A stretch of 64,000 bases of DNA. It comes from the human T2T-CHM13v2.0 reference genome, Homo sapiens. The notes below the pieces were generated by a model. That model searched no databases. It was not told the origin of the DNA and worked only from the letters and a program-made list of their open reading frames with translations. Positions 33,552 to 53,085 of the stretch are shown here, one piece after another (the stretch's first letter is position 1; each line of letters begins with the position of its first letter). Made by a program: the position numbers and the translations under genes. Location of the stretch: NCBI RefSeq assembly GCF_009914755.1, contig NC_060930.1. One strand, written 5' to 3'.

Positions 33552-33869
33552 TGTATTAGTTTCTTAGGGCTACCCAACTACCACAAACTGGGTGGCTTAA
33601 TACTCAATCCCGCTAACAGTCCTTGGTTTATAGCTGCATAATTCCAATCTGTGCCTCCCCTTCACGTGACCTCCCCCTGTGTGTCTCTTCTTTTCTGTCT
33701 CTTATAAGGACACCCATTGTTGGTGTTAGGGCCCATCCTAATTCAAAATGATCTCATCATGAGACTCTTACCTTAATCATTACCTGCAAAGGCCCTTATC
33801 TAAATAAGGTCACATTCCGAGGTTCTGGGTGGACACAGCTTTTGGGAAGGCACTACTCAAACCACTACA
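33552..33869 (-). mobile_element. MLT1-type LTR with internal deletion
   Basis: tgtattagtttcttagggct...ataaggtcacattccgaggttctggg. Confidence 0.75.
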
Positions 33870-34239
33870 CTTATTAAATTAACAATTTTACCACTCTTAG
33901 AGGGACAATATAAAATAATAATTTGAATTACATTTCTATGGTTTTTTTTTAAATGAGAAATATTTACATGCCATAAAGTTTATTTTTTAAAGTGTATAAT
34001 TGAATGGTTTTTAGTATATTGACAAGGTTGTACAAACATCACCGCTATCTAATACCAGGACTTTGCATCACTCCTCCCACATCCTCCCCCAAAATCCCAC
34101 ACCCATCCACAGTCATTCTTCATTTACCCTTTCTTCAACTTCTGGTAACCAATCATCTTTCTGTCTTTATAAATTTGTCCATTCTGTAAATTGTATATAA
34201 ATGGAACCATATAATACGTGGCCTTTGTCTCTGGCTTTT

Positions 34240-34598
34240 TGTATTAGTCTGTTTTCCTGCTGCTGATAAAGACATACCCGAGACTGGGCAATTTCCAAAA
34301 GAAAGAGGTTTAATGGATTTACAGTTCCACATGGCTGGGAAGGCCTCATAATCATGGCAGAAGGTTAAAGGCACTTCTTACATGGCGGTGGCAAGAGAGA
34401 ATGAGAGCCAAGTGACAGGGGTTTTCCCTTATAAAACCATCAGATCTTGTAAAACTTATTCACTATCATGAGAAAAGTTGGGGGATACCACCCCCATGAT
34501 TCAGTTATCTCCAACTGGGTCCCTCTCACAACATATGGGAATTATGGGAGCTACAATTCAAGATGGCATTTGGGTGGTGACACAGCCAAACCATATCA
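34240..34598 (-). mobile_element. THE1-type solo LTR
   Basis: tgtattagtc...aaaccatatca with TSD ctt(t/c)t. Confidence 0.9.
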
Positions 34599-34676
34599 CT
34601 TCTTTTACTTAGTATGAGTATACTTAATATTTTCAAGGTTCATCCCATGTTGTACCATGGATCAGTACTTCATTCC

Positions 34677-34737
34677 TGTATTGGTCAGTGTTCTCCAGAA
34701 AAACAGAAGCAATTGGTCAGTGTTCTCCAGAAAAACA

Positions 34738-34768
<31 letters not shown>

Positions 34769-35137
34769 TGTGTGTATACAGACAGATATATGTAGATATA
34801 AATATCTACATCGGTCTATCAATCATCTCTCTATCTATATAGAGAGATTTATTTTAAAGAATTGGCTCATGCAATTATGGAGACTAGCAGGATGGGCTGA
34901 CAGACTGGAGACCCAGGTAGAGCTGATATTGTAGTAAAAATATGAAGACTGGCAGATTATCCTTGTGTTGAGGGAAGCTCATTGTCTTGTGCTGCTTATG
35001 CCTTCAACTGATTGGATGAAGCTTACCCACATTATGGAGGGCACTCTGCTTTATGCAAAGTCTACCCATTTAAATATTTGACCAAGTATCTGGGCATGAT
35101 TGCCCAGCCAAGTTGATACATAAAATTAACCATCATA
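34677..35137 (-). mobile_element. MLT2 (ERVL) solo LTR with (TG)n tract
   Basis: tgtattggtcag...aaaattaaccatcata with TSD ATTCC. Confidence 0.85.
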
Positions 35138-35699
35138 ATTCCTTTTTATGGATGAGGAATATTTCATTGTATGGATATACCACATTTTGGTTGTCCATTC
35201 AGCATTTGATGAGCATTTAGATTGTTTCCACTTTTGGCTATTCTGAACAAGGCTGCTATGAACATTTGGGTCAAAGCTTTTGTACTCGTTTCTATGTCTG
35301 TTTCAAAACCATGATTGAAGACCTTGATGCCTAGGTTATATAAATCTTCTGTTTTAAGACCCAGGCTGTAAATTTACTCCTGAATTCTAGACCAAGAAAA
35401 AGTAGACCTTTCCAGATACTATTACATTTTAATTTGGCAGGCAAACATAAGTATAATAGAAATCCTTTTTGCAAGTAAAATGTTTTTTCACGAATTCCCC
35501 TACCTGTATTGAGTTAAAATAATTTTATTATATTTACAATATACAAACTTAAAACTACATAGAAATTTCTTAATCTTATTATGTTTCTTAATATTATGAA
35601 ATCCATATCAGTTCAAAAATCAAAACAAAGGATAAAATAGAATTTTAAAAATTAGGGATATTAATTCAATGTGATAGATTATTTTACTAAAATCACCAT

Positions 35700-36375
<676 letters not shown>

Positions 36376-36419
36376 TCCATTAATAAGAATGTGTGGTACC
36401 AACTGCTCATGATGCAAGT

Positions 36420-36511
36420 TCTTTTGAGTTTGGCATGTTTAAAGTTTATTATCTTTTGAGTTTGGCGTGTTTAAAGTTTATTATCTTTTGAGTTTGGCAT
36501 GTTTAAAGTTT
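36420..36511. repeat. 32-bp minisatellite, ~2.9 copies
   Basis: tcttttgagtttggcRtgtttaaagtttatta, near-perfect copies. Confidence 0.93.
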
Positions 36512-37639
36512 GTTTTCCCTAAGGGTATAGGAGTTATTGTACCATGTGTTTTATTTTAATACTGCAGATACTTTATTTGTACCTATGCCATGACATAGTT
36601 TGGCTTTCACTTTGCATGAACACATTATTTATGTATTAACTCTGCCTTTACCATTTTCTTATTAGCCCAGGATAACTACTAATTGGCACAAACATAGCCT
36701 TATACACAAATGCAAATGCCAAGTACTGAAATCATGGGGCAGAATGGCAGAAGATGAAGAAAGTGCTTTGTGTAATTTATATCATGCTAGGTGCTTTATG
36801 GCCTGCATCAGTTATCATTAGTTTCAGCTCAATATATTGAAACACCCCATGATATCAGTGGCTTAGAGAGGAGAGGCATTTATTCCCTTCTCACTGGAAA
36901 GAAGCACCTGGTGACCTCAGTTTTCAACCTTCTGCTTCAGTATCCTAGCAATAGCTTTAGTCCTCAATGCCATCTTTTAGGCCAAGCTAGCTGCTGGGGC
37001 TCCAGCTTCACTCTAGTCATCAGGAAGGAGGGACAGTGGAAGGACACCCTGTGTGCTGCTTTCCAGGAATGATACAACACTTCTTATGTCTCCATTGGCC
37101 AGAACTTAGTAACTTAGTCCCTGGACCTCATTTAAGTGAAGTCGGTCTGAGAAATGGGTCTTTATTCTGTACAGTAAGAAATAAAGTAAGAATAGCTATT
37201 TGGTGGAGAGCCATCAGCTATCAGCCTATATCATGTGGCCCAACCTTAGTAAGGAGCTATGGCCGAAGATCAGCAGTCAGACAACCAAAAACTAGTGGAA
37301 AGCTCATTATCTTCATTGCACTCTTTCAAGGAAACACCAAAAGGGATTAACATTCTTCAGCCACCTGTGAAGTTCTCTCCCACTTTCTAACTCTCTTTAT
37401 ATCTCCCACACAAGACAGCCTCTCCCCACATTCCTTCCCCACTCCAGAACTTTCTCCAACCCAATGAGTATAGCCTTTCTTAATTTTTTTCCCCTGAGCT
37501 CCCATCTCATACTCAGCTCCGATGATGTAGATCCATTGGATTTCTGGGACTGCTTTGAGCTTTTCCCACTTCTGAACGTATACAGCAAGCAGATCTCCAG
37601 CAAGAGGCATGCTCCTGGGGGTCAGATGGTGAAGGAGTG

Positions 37640-37870
37640 GAGGGGTGTGTCCTTATTAGGAGCTGAGAAAGGTGTGTTGGTTAATGGCTACAACATTACA
37701 GCTGGATAGGAGGAATAGGTTTTAGTGTTCTATAACACTGTAGGATGACTATAGTTAACAATACTTTATTGTATATCTTCGAATAGCTAGAAAAGAGGAT
37801 TTTGAATGTTTCCAACACAAAGAAATGGTAAATGTTTGAGGCGATGGATAATGCTAATTGCCCTGATTTC
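37640..37870 (+). mobile_element. L1MA 3'UTR fragment
   Basis: aatagctagaaaagaggattttgaatgtttccaacacaaagaaatg. Confidence 0.8.
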
Positions 37871-37974
37871 GACACGTGCTCTTACGGTAGGGAAGGAGGG
37901 GAAGTGAGCCCAGACTGCAAATCTGAACATTCATCTTTGATTTCTGCTACATTCCTGCTTAGTTACACCTTTTT

Positions 37975-42435
<4,461 letters not shown>

Positions 42436-44249
42436 ATGATGTTTGCTACTTAGTTAAGTTTTTGTGTCCTTTTCAAAGAGGGACACAGCATCTATTCGGG
42501 CCATCAAAAGAATCTCCCACTTTGCTGTCCTATCCCATTCAGAGAGCCTGAGTTCACTTCCTGGCTCCTACTGGGTGGTGTTTTCAATGCAGCTTCCTGA
42601 AACCTTCCAGCTGGAGAATTTAGATCCTCTCAGGGAGCCAACACACCAAAATTTAAATTTGATCATCTTCCCTTTCTGGGTCTTTGGCCCTTATAACATG
42701 AGAGAATTGTTCACCAGATTTTAAAATTCTTTTCTTTAAGGAAGCAGACAGTAGATACAGTGTTTATGACAGCAAAGCACACTTGGAACCTTCTCTGCCC
42801 TTGCTAGAGTCTGAGTGGCACATCAATCTTGTTTATGACCAGTTCTGTCCCACTGGAAGAAAATTAGGGGCACAGTCTCTCGCTGAACTCTGAGCTGGGT
42901 CTGAGGAGTTCCCTTAGGAAGATTAAGAAACCGACTTAGTCCCATTCCACTCTCAGGAATCTGTTGCTGGGTTTGAGGCTTTCTTCACCACTATTGGCTC
43001 CCTGTTCTGCCCTGGTGGCTTGGCTCGGAGCTCCATTACTTGTTCTTGCTTCCTGGGAACAAAGATTGAGGCAGCCCTGAGGATTCTGATAAAGTCTCAT
43101 ATTTTTTAGAGATTCTTGGCAACAAATTCTTCTCATTAGGACTTGATTCATGAGCTTCTAGACCTCCAAGCTGTGTTCCATCACCTTTGGTAGATAGCCC
43201 ACTGTAAATGTTTTCCCAATCTGAACAGACAGGCTGAATGTATCTGTTCTTTTATAAATACAAGGTTTAAAATTCAACATACCAATCCCAGCAATTTACC
43301 ATTTGCCACATATTTTCTTTGTAGCAGTGAGATAGTTTGTAAGTGAAAGGAATCTCTTTGTTTTAAAGGGAGATCACTTTGTTTTAAACATTGATATTTA
43401 CTTAATCAATGTAATGTCCCCATTTTATAAAATGTTTAATGGTCTACAGAATATATTATTTTGAGCAATATGCTTATGTAACTTATAATTATGTATACAT
43501 ATATATCAAAAAAATTCTACTAGTATGATCCATGATCAATACTTCCCTTTCCCAACTTCTTGTTTTGAAAATATTTAATTGTTTTGAAAAATGTCTAAGC
43601 TGTAGAAAATGGCAGGAATAGTATAATGGATACTCTTTTACCCTTCACACAGATTGTTAATATTTTACTGATTACTATATTTTGCCTGGAGAGAGAGAGA
43701 TGTTTTATTTTTGCCAAAGCATGTGAGAGTAAGTAGCAAACATCATGACACTTCACCCCTCAAATATTTTCCCACGTATCACTTAAGAACAAGGGCATTC
43801 ATTCTGTTACATGACCACAATACAATCAGCACAGATAGATATTAACATTGAGACAATGCTCTGATGTATTGGTATCTACTATGCAGTTCATAATCAAATA
43901 AGGGTTTTGGTAACTTGGGATCCATAAATGGTCTGCAAGGTCAGCCCCTGTAGACCTGCACTTAGTGGGTGCCATTTCCCTGTCTCAGGTGCCTGCTCTA
44001 CTGGTGATATTTTTCACTGGCTCTGTTGCTCACTTAGAATTTTTTCTCCCAGCTGTTGACATTTTATTTTCTGCATAGTTCTGAAGCTGCAGCAGTTGTT
44101 CTTATGCCTTCTTGATTGTAAATTTCATAGAAGCTGTCAATTTCTAAGGGATTTCATCTCCTTTGATGCAGCCAGGTCAATAGCTACAAACCTATCTGAG
44201 AATGTCTGCCATCGGCCTCCTCTCTGTCTAGAAAGGTGTCTTAGTCTCT

Positions 44250-44879
<630 letters not shown>

Positions 44880-44930
44880 AAAGAAGTTTTGTGCCTTAAG
44901 AAGTTCTATGGGTTATAGTAGGTAAAAACT

Positions 44931-45230
44931 GTTTTTGTTTTTGTTTTTTTGCGACGGAGTCTCACTCTTGTCACCCAGGCTGGAGTGAATGGTGTGGTCT
45001 CTGCTCACTGCAACTTCCACCTCCTGGGTTCAAGTGATTCTCCTGCCTCAGCCTCCTGAGTAGCCGGGAGTACAGGCCCCCGCCACCACAACCAGCTAAT
45101 TTTTGCATTTTTAATAGAGATGGGGTTTCACTATCTTGGCCAGGCTGGTCTCGAACTCCTGACCTCGTGATCCACCCGCCTTGTTCTCCCAAAGTGCTGG
45201 GATTACAGGTATGAGCCACTGCGCCTGGCC
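44931..45230 (-). mobile_element. Alu (Sg-like)
   Basis: TSD aaaactg(t/g)ttt. Confidence 0.92.
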
Positions 45231-46294
45231 AAAACTGGTTTCTAGTTTATGAGTTCAGCAGATATTTGACTCTGGATTCCTCAATTTAGTGATATCACAC
45301 AAAATGGTATAAATAAATCTGATTTTTTCCATCTGGACATCTATATCCCAAGCAGTCACATCTCCTCTAGATCATGTCCTAATCTTAGAACAGTTGCTCC
45401 CATTCCTCAGACTTTCTAGTGGGATAGTGAGAGCCTTCAGAGTGTAGAACAGGCTCACTTGTGCCATTATTCAGATGCTCAGCCACAGTGAAGATGCACT
45501 CTATGCCCAACCGTAGGGAGAGATTTCAATCTCTGACAGTAGTCTCCACATGTCATCAACGTAAGTCATAGTCATCTCAAAGCCCTTCAGCAATACATAA
45601 TCAGGAATCGAGCAACTAAATAACAGTTGTTTGTTTTATTATCATCAGTAAAAAAATACAAAGAAATTCATTCATTGGGGCAGCAACATTCTCATTCCCC
45701 TTTCTCTCTCATTACATTGCTGCACAACACCAATGCCTTCTCACAGTTCCCTCTTGCATGATTCTAGGTTTCGTCAGGAAGGCTTTCCTGCAGCCTAGTT
45801 AGCATAGACTTCATTTTTCTCCCCACTTCTCTCTCAGCTGTTTACCGTGTAGGTCAGTTTAGCCTCCCTGGCTTGCTTCCTTCCTGACAATCTCCCCCTT
45901 TACCCAAATTCTACCCTAGAAGCAATTAGATAAAAATAGATGCATCAAGAAAACATCTTTTCTTCTTAGGAAAGAAGGGATAGGAGGGAAGGAAGAAAAC
46001 AGCAAATACTTATTATTTGGTGTCTTTTATTCTGTTACTTTCTTACTTGTTTTTTTTTAATGATCTAACCACAAAACGAAAACACAAAATAATGCTTTTT
46101 CTTTGAGAATATACCTGAACAGTTTACCTCAATTGTCAGGAAGCGCAAGACTAAATTCAGAGCTGTACTGGTCTTTGTTTGCTTTGTTTGCTCTTTGTCT
46201 ATTCATTCCTTACTGATATGTTTATTTATTTATTTCAGGTTAATTTATTTTGATCCTTTTAAAGAGCTTCCTTGTAAATGCACTTTCAAATAAG

Positions 46295-47992
<1,698 letters not shown>

Positions 47993-48664
47993 TAACTCTG
48001 GCCTAATCTTAAGTAATAAGCTAATACGGAGAATGTGCCTCACCCTCCAGCATACTGTGTGTTTTGGCTTTAAGATCTTGGGACAGCTTCTCAGAGGAAG
48101 ACACCACTCCTCCCCACAGTTGCAGCTGTTCACCTCCCAGACTCACTGGTAAAGTTAGAAGACGCTTCTGAAAAACTGCCCATCTATATTTTCCTCACAG
48201 CAGTTGTGAAGACTTGCTGAGGTGGATTTAAGGTGGGGCTCTCATGGGATACAGCATTAGAAGAGGGGACATTTTGCTCTTCCTAATGTTTATATACCAG
48301 CAATGTCCCATTGGTCAGGGCAGAAAGTTGAAGGTGCTTTTGCTTATGGACCTCATAGAGTGTGTGTGCACATACCAGCAGGCTTAATTTTAAAATCTGA
48401 CCCCAGAATTATGCTGTCTACAGTTTTATCTCATTGATTTTTCAAATAAGGGTACTCTAATGTGTTGTTTTTAGCTGTAACTGTCTTAAGACATGTTTGT
48501 CCAGCACATATGCTTAGCAAAATCTCTAACTGTTTGGGATGAACTCCATTCTTTATTCATAAAAAGGGTATGAAGTGAATTCCATTGACTTCTGATTTGT
48601 CATGTTTATACAGTTTTCCTAACTAAATACAAAAGGAGTTATCAGCATTCTCTTGACTTTCTAG

Positions 48665-48901
48665 ATTAAAACTTTGGAACAGACTAAAGCCATTGAAGAT
48701 CTAAACAAATCCAGAGACCAACTGGAGAAGATGAAGGAGAAAGCTGAGAAAAAGCTCATGTCTGTCAAGTCAGAACTGGATACCACAGAACATGAGGCTA
48801 AGGAGAATAAAGAAAGGGCCAGAAACATGATAGAAGTGGTAACCAGTGAAATGAAGACACTAAAAAAATCTCTGGAAGAAGCAGAAAAGAGAGAAAAGCA
48901 G
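48665..48901 (+). CDS. CCDC170: CCDC170 coding exon 10 (79 codons, IKTLEQTKA...EKREKQ)
   Basis: Acceptor gactttctag ends 48664 and donor GTGGGT starts 48902. 237 nt. Confidence 0.97.
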
Positions 48902-48994
48902 GTGGGTCTAAATCTGGTGATGAAACCTTGTTTAGGAAATGACAGGACAATTCAAGAGCTTGATATTAATACTTATTCATGCATTTCTTTTTAA

Positions 48995-49101
48995 AAAAGT
49001 TTGGACTGTTTCATGAATTTGTATGTCATCGTTTTACGAGGGCCGTGCTAATTTTCTCTGTATCGTTCCAATGTTAACACATGTGCTCCCGAAGCGAGAA
49101 C
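48995..49101 (-). pseudogene. U6 snRNA retropseudogene (full length, diverged)
   Basis: Reverse complement reads GTTCTCGCTTCGGGAGCACATGTGTTAACATTGGAACGATACAGAGAAAATTAGCACGGCCC..., colinear with U6 including the ACAGAGA box. Short A tail and degenerate TSD tattcatgcattt/tagtcacatattt. Confidence 0.93.
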
Positions 49102-49864
49102 TAGTCACATATTTATTCAAAAGCAATTTACAAAGCTTTCTATATCTTTTCAACATATCCACCTGCCCCTCCAGCATCTTTTTGGCATTCAAGTAACCAC
49201 TATGATTTACCCCGCTAAGAAAAATTATTCACATTTCCATGGCACAAATTGTAGGAAAGGAAAAGACATTCTTATTCAAGCAGCGGAAGGGTTTTGGTGA
49301 AAAAACAGGTTCTGGTTCTGGGGAGGTTTTTGTTATGTTAGGTGATCGCCTCTGAAGTTTGCATCATCATAGAGCTCTTAACGTTAACCAGGGCTTTGGC
49401 CTCAGGAGGGAAGCCTTATCTGTAGCAGAGATCAGTTGCAGGAAACAGCCCCAAATCTCAAACAGTGGCACCCAGACTTGATGGCCGACCAGGCACAGAT
49501 GTAAGCCATAAAAAAGTACTCATTTGCTTGCTGGCTACAAGAAGGAGCATTTTATCTAGTGAGTCCATCAGGAGGTCAGGCGTAAAGAAACATGTACCGG
49601 GCAGCTTGACCTCCATTGCTTTTGGCTTTTGTCTCTTTCTCCTTTTGAAGCTCAAAAGGGCATAGAGTGGACTCTGATCCTAGGATTTTTTTTTCCCTGC
49701 TTTGGCTGCCTCTGTTTTGGTTCATGTGTCAAGCAGAGACGGGGAAAGCCAAACGACACAATGAGCGTTCTCAGAAAGGAAACTTCTTCGGAATGAAAAG
49801 CTTTGGCCACATTGGAAAGGGTAGAAGTCTGAGAGAAACTTTTTCATCAGGGAGACTAGGTCGG

Positions 49865-50217
49865 TGTCTTAGTCCTTTCAGGCTGCTGTAACAAAGTACC
49901 ATCTACTGGGTGGCTTATAAATAATAGAAATCTCTTTCTCACAGTTCTGGAGGCTGAGAAGTCCAAGATCAAAGTGTCTGGTGAGCACAGCACAGCTTCC
50001 TGGTTCAGAGTCAGCCCCTTCTTGCTGTGTCCTCACATGGTGGAAGGAGCAAGGCAGCTCTCCGGGGCCTCTTTTATAAGGGCACTAATCTTATTCATGA
50101 GGGCTCCACCCTCATGATCTAATCACCCACCAAAGGCCCCACCTCCTAATAGCTTCACATTGGTCATTAGATTTCAACATAAGAATTTTGAGGGGTCATA
50201 AAATTCAAACTGTAATA
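49865..50217 (-). mobile_element. MLT1A0-type LTR
   Basis: tgtcttagtcctttcaggctgctgtaacaaagtacc... Confidence 0.85.
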
Positions 50218-50626
50218 GCTAAAAACCATTCCCAAATTGGACTCTGCAAGGGAAGCGGGTTGCAGAGCAAATGAGCCTGGGGTGGGACTGTTTGGGTGGC
50301 ATTCTCTTGGATGTAACTGTATTCAGTTTGGATCATCCCTTTTCTAAAATGGAGGGTGCCTTTAATGAGGTGTTGGCCAGATGCCCTGATTTATCTGCTT
50401 TTGCATTAACCTAGAACCACAGAAACCAGCCTATGAGAATTTGAAGGGATATGAGGCATATTTCAACCATTGTCCCCAGCCCCTACTTTTCTTTCTTCAA
50501 TGGACAAATAGAAGTCCCAGAGCAGTCCCATGGAATATGGCTTGTGAAATGGCAATCTGTGTGACATGACTTGATAGTAATTTAGAAGTCCTCCTGTTTT
50601 CATTAGCTTATACTTTCTTGCTGTTT

Positions 50627-50657
<31 letters not shown>

Positions 50658-51151
50658 TAGTGTAAGAGGTTATCAGCCAGCTAAAATCCCAAAGCATGTT
50701 TACCATCCATGGGCACAACCCCACCAACATTTGTTTAGTTCTTCCTAGTATGCAGAGCACACACACAGTCACCATTTCATGTGATCTGAATTTCAGGGCA
50801 GCCCTTCGACGTAGGTGTATGGTTAATCCCAACCTGGAGATGAGAAAATGAAGGCTTAGTGAGGTCTGGGTCTCATTCATGGTTACTTAACTTGGATTCT
50901 TGACTTAGTAGCCAATACCACATCAGTTGGCTCATCAGAAAAGTGATTGTGAAATCTCTGAAGGTTGGCAGTTGATGTGACTTATCTGGAATCTGGTATT
51001 TTATAAGTGAGAGAACTAGGAAGAGAGTAGATAATTTCCCTACCTCATGCAAACCTGGGTTTTCTACAGGTTTTTTGTTTGTTGCATTTGGCTCAGCAGT
51101 AGTTGATACATTTTGTTCTCCCAGTTAATGAGTTTCTGTTTGATATTGCAG

Positions 51152-51352
51152 CTGGCAGACTTCAGGGAGGTGGTGTCGCAGATGCTAGGCTTGAACGTGA
51201 CCAGCCTTGCTCTTCCTGATTATGAAATCATCAAGTGTCTTGAAAGATTGGTCCATTCACATCAGCATCACTTTGTTACCTGTGCCTGCCTCAAAGATGT
51301 GACTACTGGGCAAGAGAGGCACCCACAAGGCCATTTACAGCTTCTTCATTGA
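51152..51352 (+). CDS. CCDC170: CCDC170 terminal exon 11, coding part (LADFREVV...HLQLLH*)
   Basis: Acceptor gatattgcag ends 51151 and TGA is at 51350-51352. The C-terminus matches recalled CCDC170. Confidence 0.96.
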   Translation: MADFREVVSQMLGLNVTSLALPDYEIIKCLERLVHSHQHHFVTCACLKDVTTGQERHPQGHLQLLH

Positions 51353-51933
51353 ACACTGTATCTCTTGAGAGAGGTGGCCATAAGACATGGCACACAATTC
51401 CCAATTTCACAAATTCCTCATGTCTTTGAGATTTGATCAGTTTGTGAATATTTTATGCTTTGATGATATAGTGAGAATGCATCACTTGCAAAAACGATCT
51501 CAAAAGTGTCAGCCTTAGATAAACGTTCAGCATTAAAAACGCCTATTATTTCATTTACTAGCATTTTAGGATCCAGAAGAATTCCACCAGATTGCATGAG
51601 TTAGATTGGGAAATGGGAGTGGGAGATAATATTGGGAGGTATCTATTTTAAGTCAGGGGCTTTACTAGCCGATTTAGTTCTCACAATAACCATGTGGAGA
51701 AGCTGTGACATTTTTAATTTACAACCTTTCTGGGGCTCAGACATAAAGTTACCTATCCAAGGTTGCAGTTGGGTAGTGGTGGGACCAGGATGGACAACTC
51801 ATTGGCCCTGCCTCAAAAGCCATACCTCTTCTCCTGCTATGCAGAATCTGTTTCTCCTGAATCTCTGTGATGCTGGTGGGAATTGTTTGCATAGAGGAAG
51901 GACAATAACCCTGCCATCGTGAGTTAATGTCCG

Positions 51934-52207
51934 GGCTGGTCACAGTGGTTCATGCCTGTAATCCCAGCACTTTGGGAGTCCAAGGCAGGCATATCATTTG
52001 AGGTCAGGAGTTTAAGACCAGCCTGGCTAACATAGTGAGACCCTGTTTCTACTAAAAATACAAAAATAAGCCAGGTGTGGTGGTGCATGACTGTAATCCC
52101 AACTACTCAGCAGGAGAAGCACTTGAACCCAGGAGACGGAGGCGGCAGTGAGCCAAGATTGTGCCACTGCACTCCAGCCTGGGCGACAGAGTGAAACTAC
52201 ATCTCAG

Positions 52208-52236
<29 letters not shown>
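51934..52236 (+). mobile_element. Sense Alu in the 3'UTR
   Basis: TSD agttaatgtcc and a ~29 nt A tail. Confidence 0.93.
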
Positions 52237-52239
<3 letters not shown>

Positions 52240-52722
52240 AATGTCCAAAAATGACAGATTTACAAGTGTAAGCTATATGATTTCTTCAAAAAGCAAAAGC
52301 AATATACCTAATTCATTTGGATCAAACTTACATAGGTCTCAGGTCCTGTAAGAAACTTGCCTGTTCTAACTGTTGCTACCAGATTATATCTGGTGGTAAT
52401 TGTTAATGTTTCAGCAGGGCTGGTCTCAGTCCTTTAAAATGGAAAGCTTTATTTGGAGCCCAACCCTATAAGATGAAGAAATCCTATATAGTCTTATTCA
52501 CCAATATATCCAATACACCCACAGCAATGGTACCTTTTTAAGATCAGGATTTTATTATGAATTCCTGTCACTTTCTGTTTTCCATTTAAATTTCTATTTT
52601 ACAAATTTTTCAGGGAATCATATTCTTAACTTCACTGAGAAAAATGTGTTACTCTTTTGGACAATTTATCTTATTTCTATCATATAAGATGTATTTTTTT
52701 ATTGTCCTTAAAAGAAGCTCTA

Positions 52723-53085
<363 letters not shown>

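Larger units (their letters stand above)
33945..35285 (-). mobile_element. L1M(B) 3' end interrupted by THE1 and MLT2 LTRs
   Basis: L1M 3'UTR motifs (ttcattgtatggatataccacatttt) continue across both insertions. Confidence 0.75.

Noticed and set aside
36420-36511. CRISPR-like array (32-bp repeats)
   Set aside because: The repeats are contiguous with no spacers, there are no cas genes, and the context is mammalian.
48995-49101. Functional U6 gene
   Set aside because: Many substitutions, retrotransposition hallmarks, and no recognisable PSE upstream on the minus strand.
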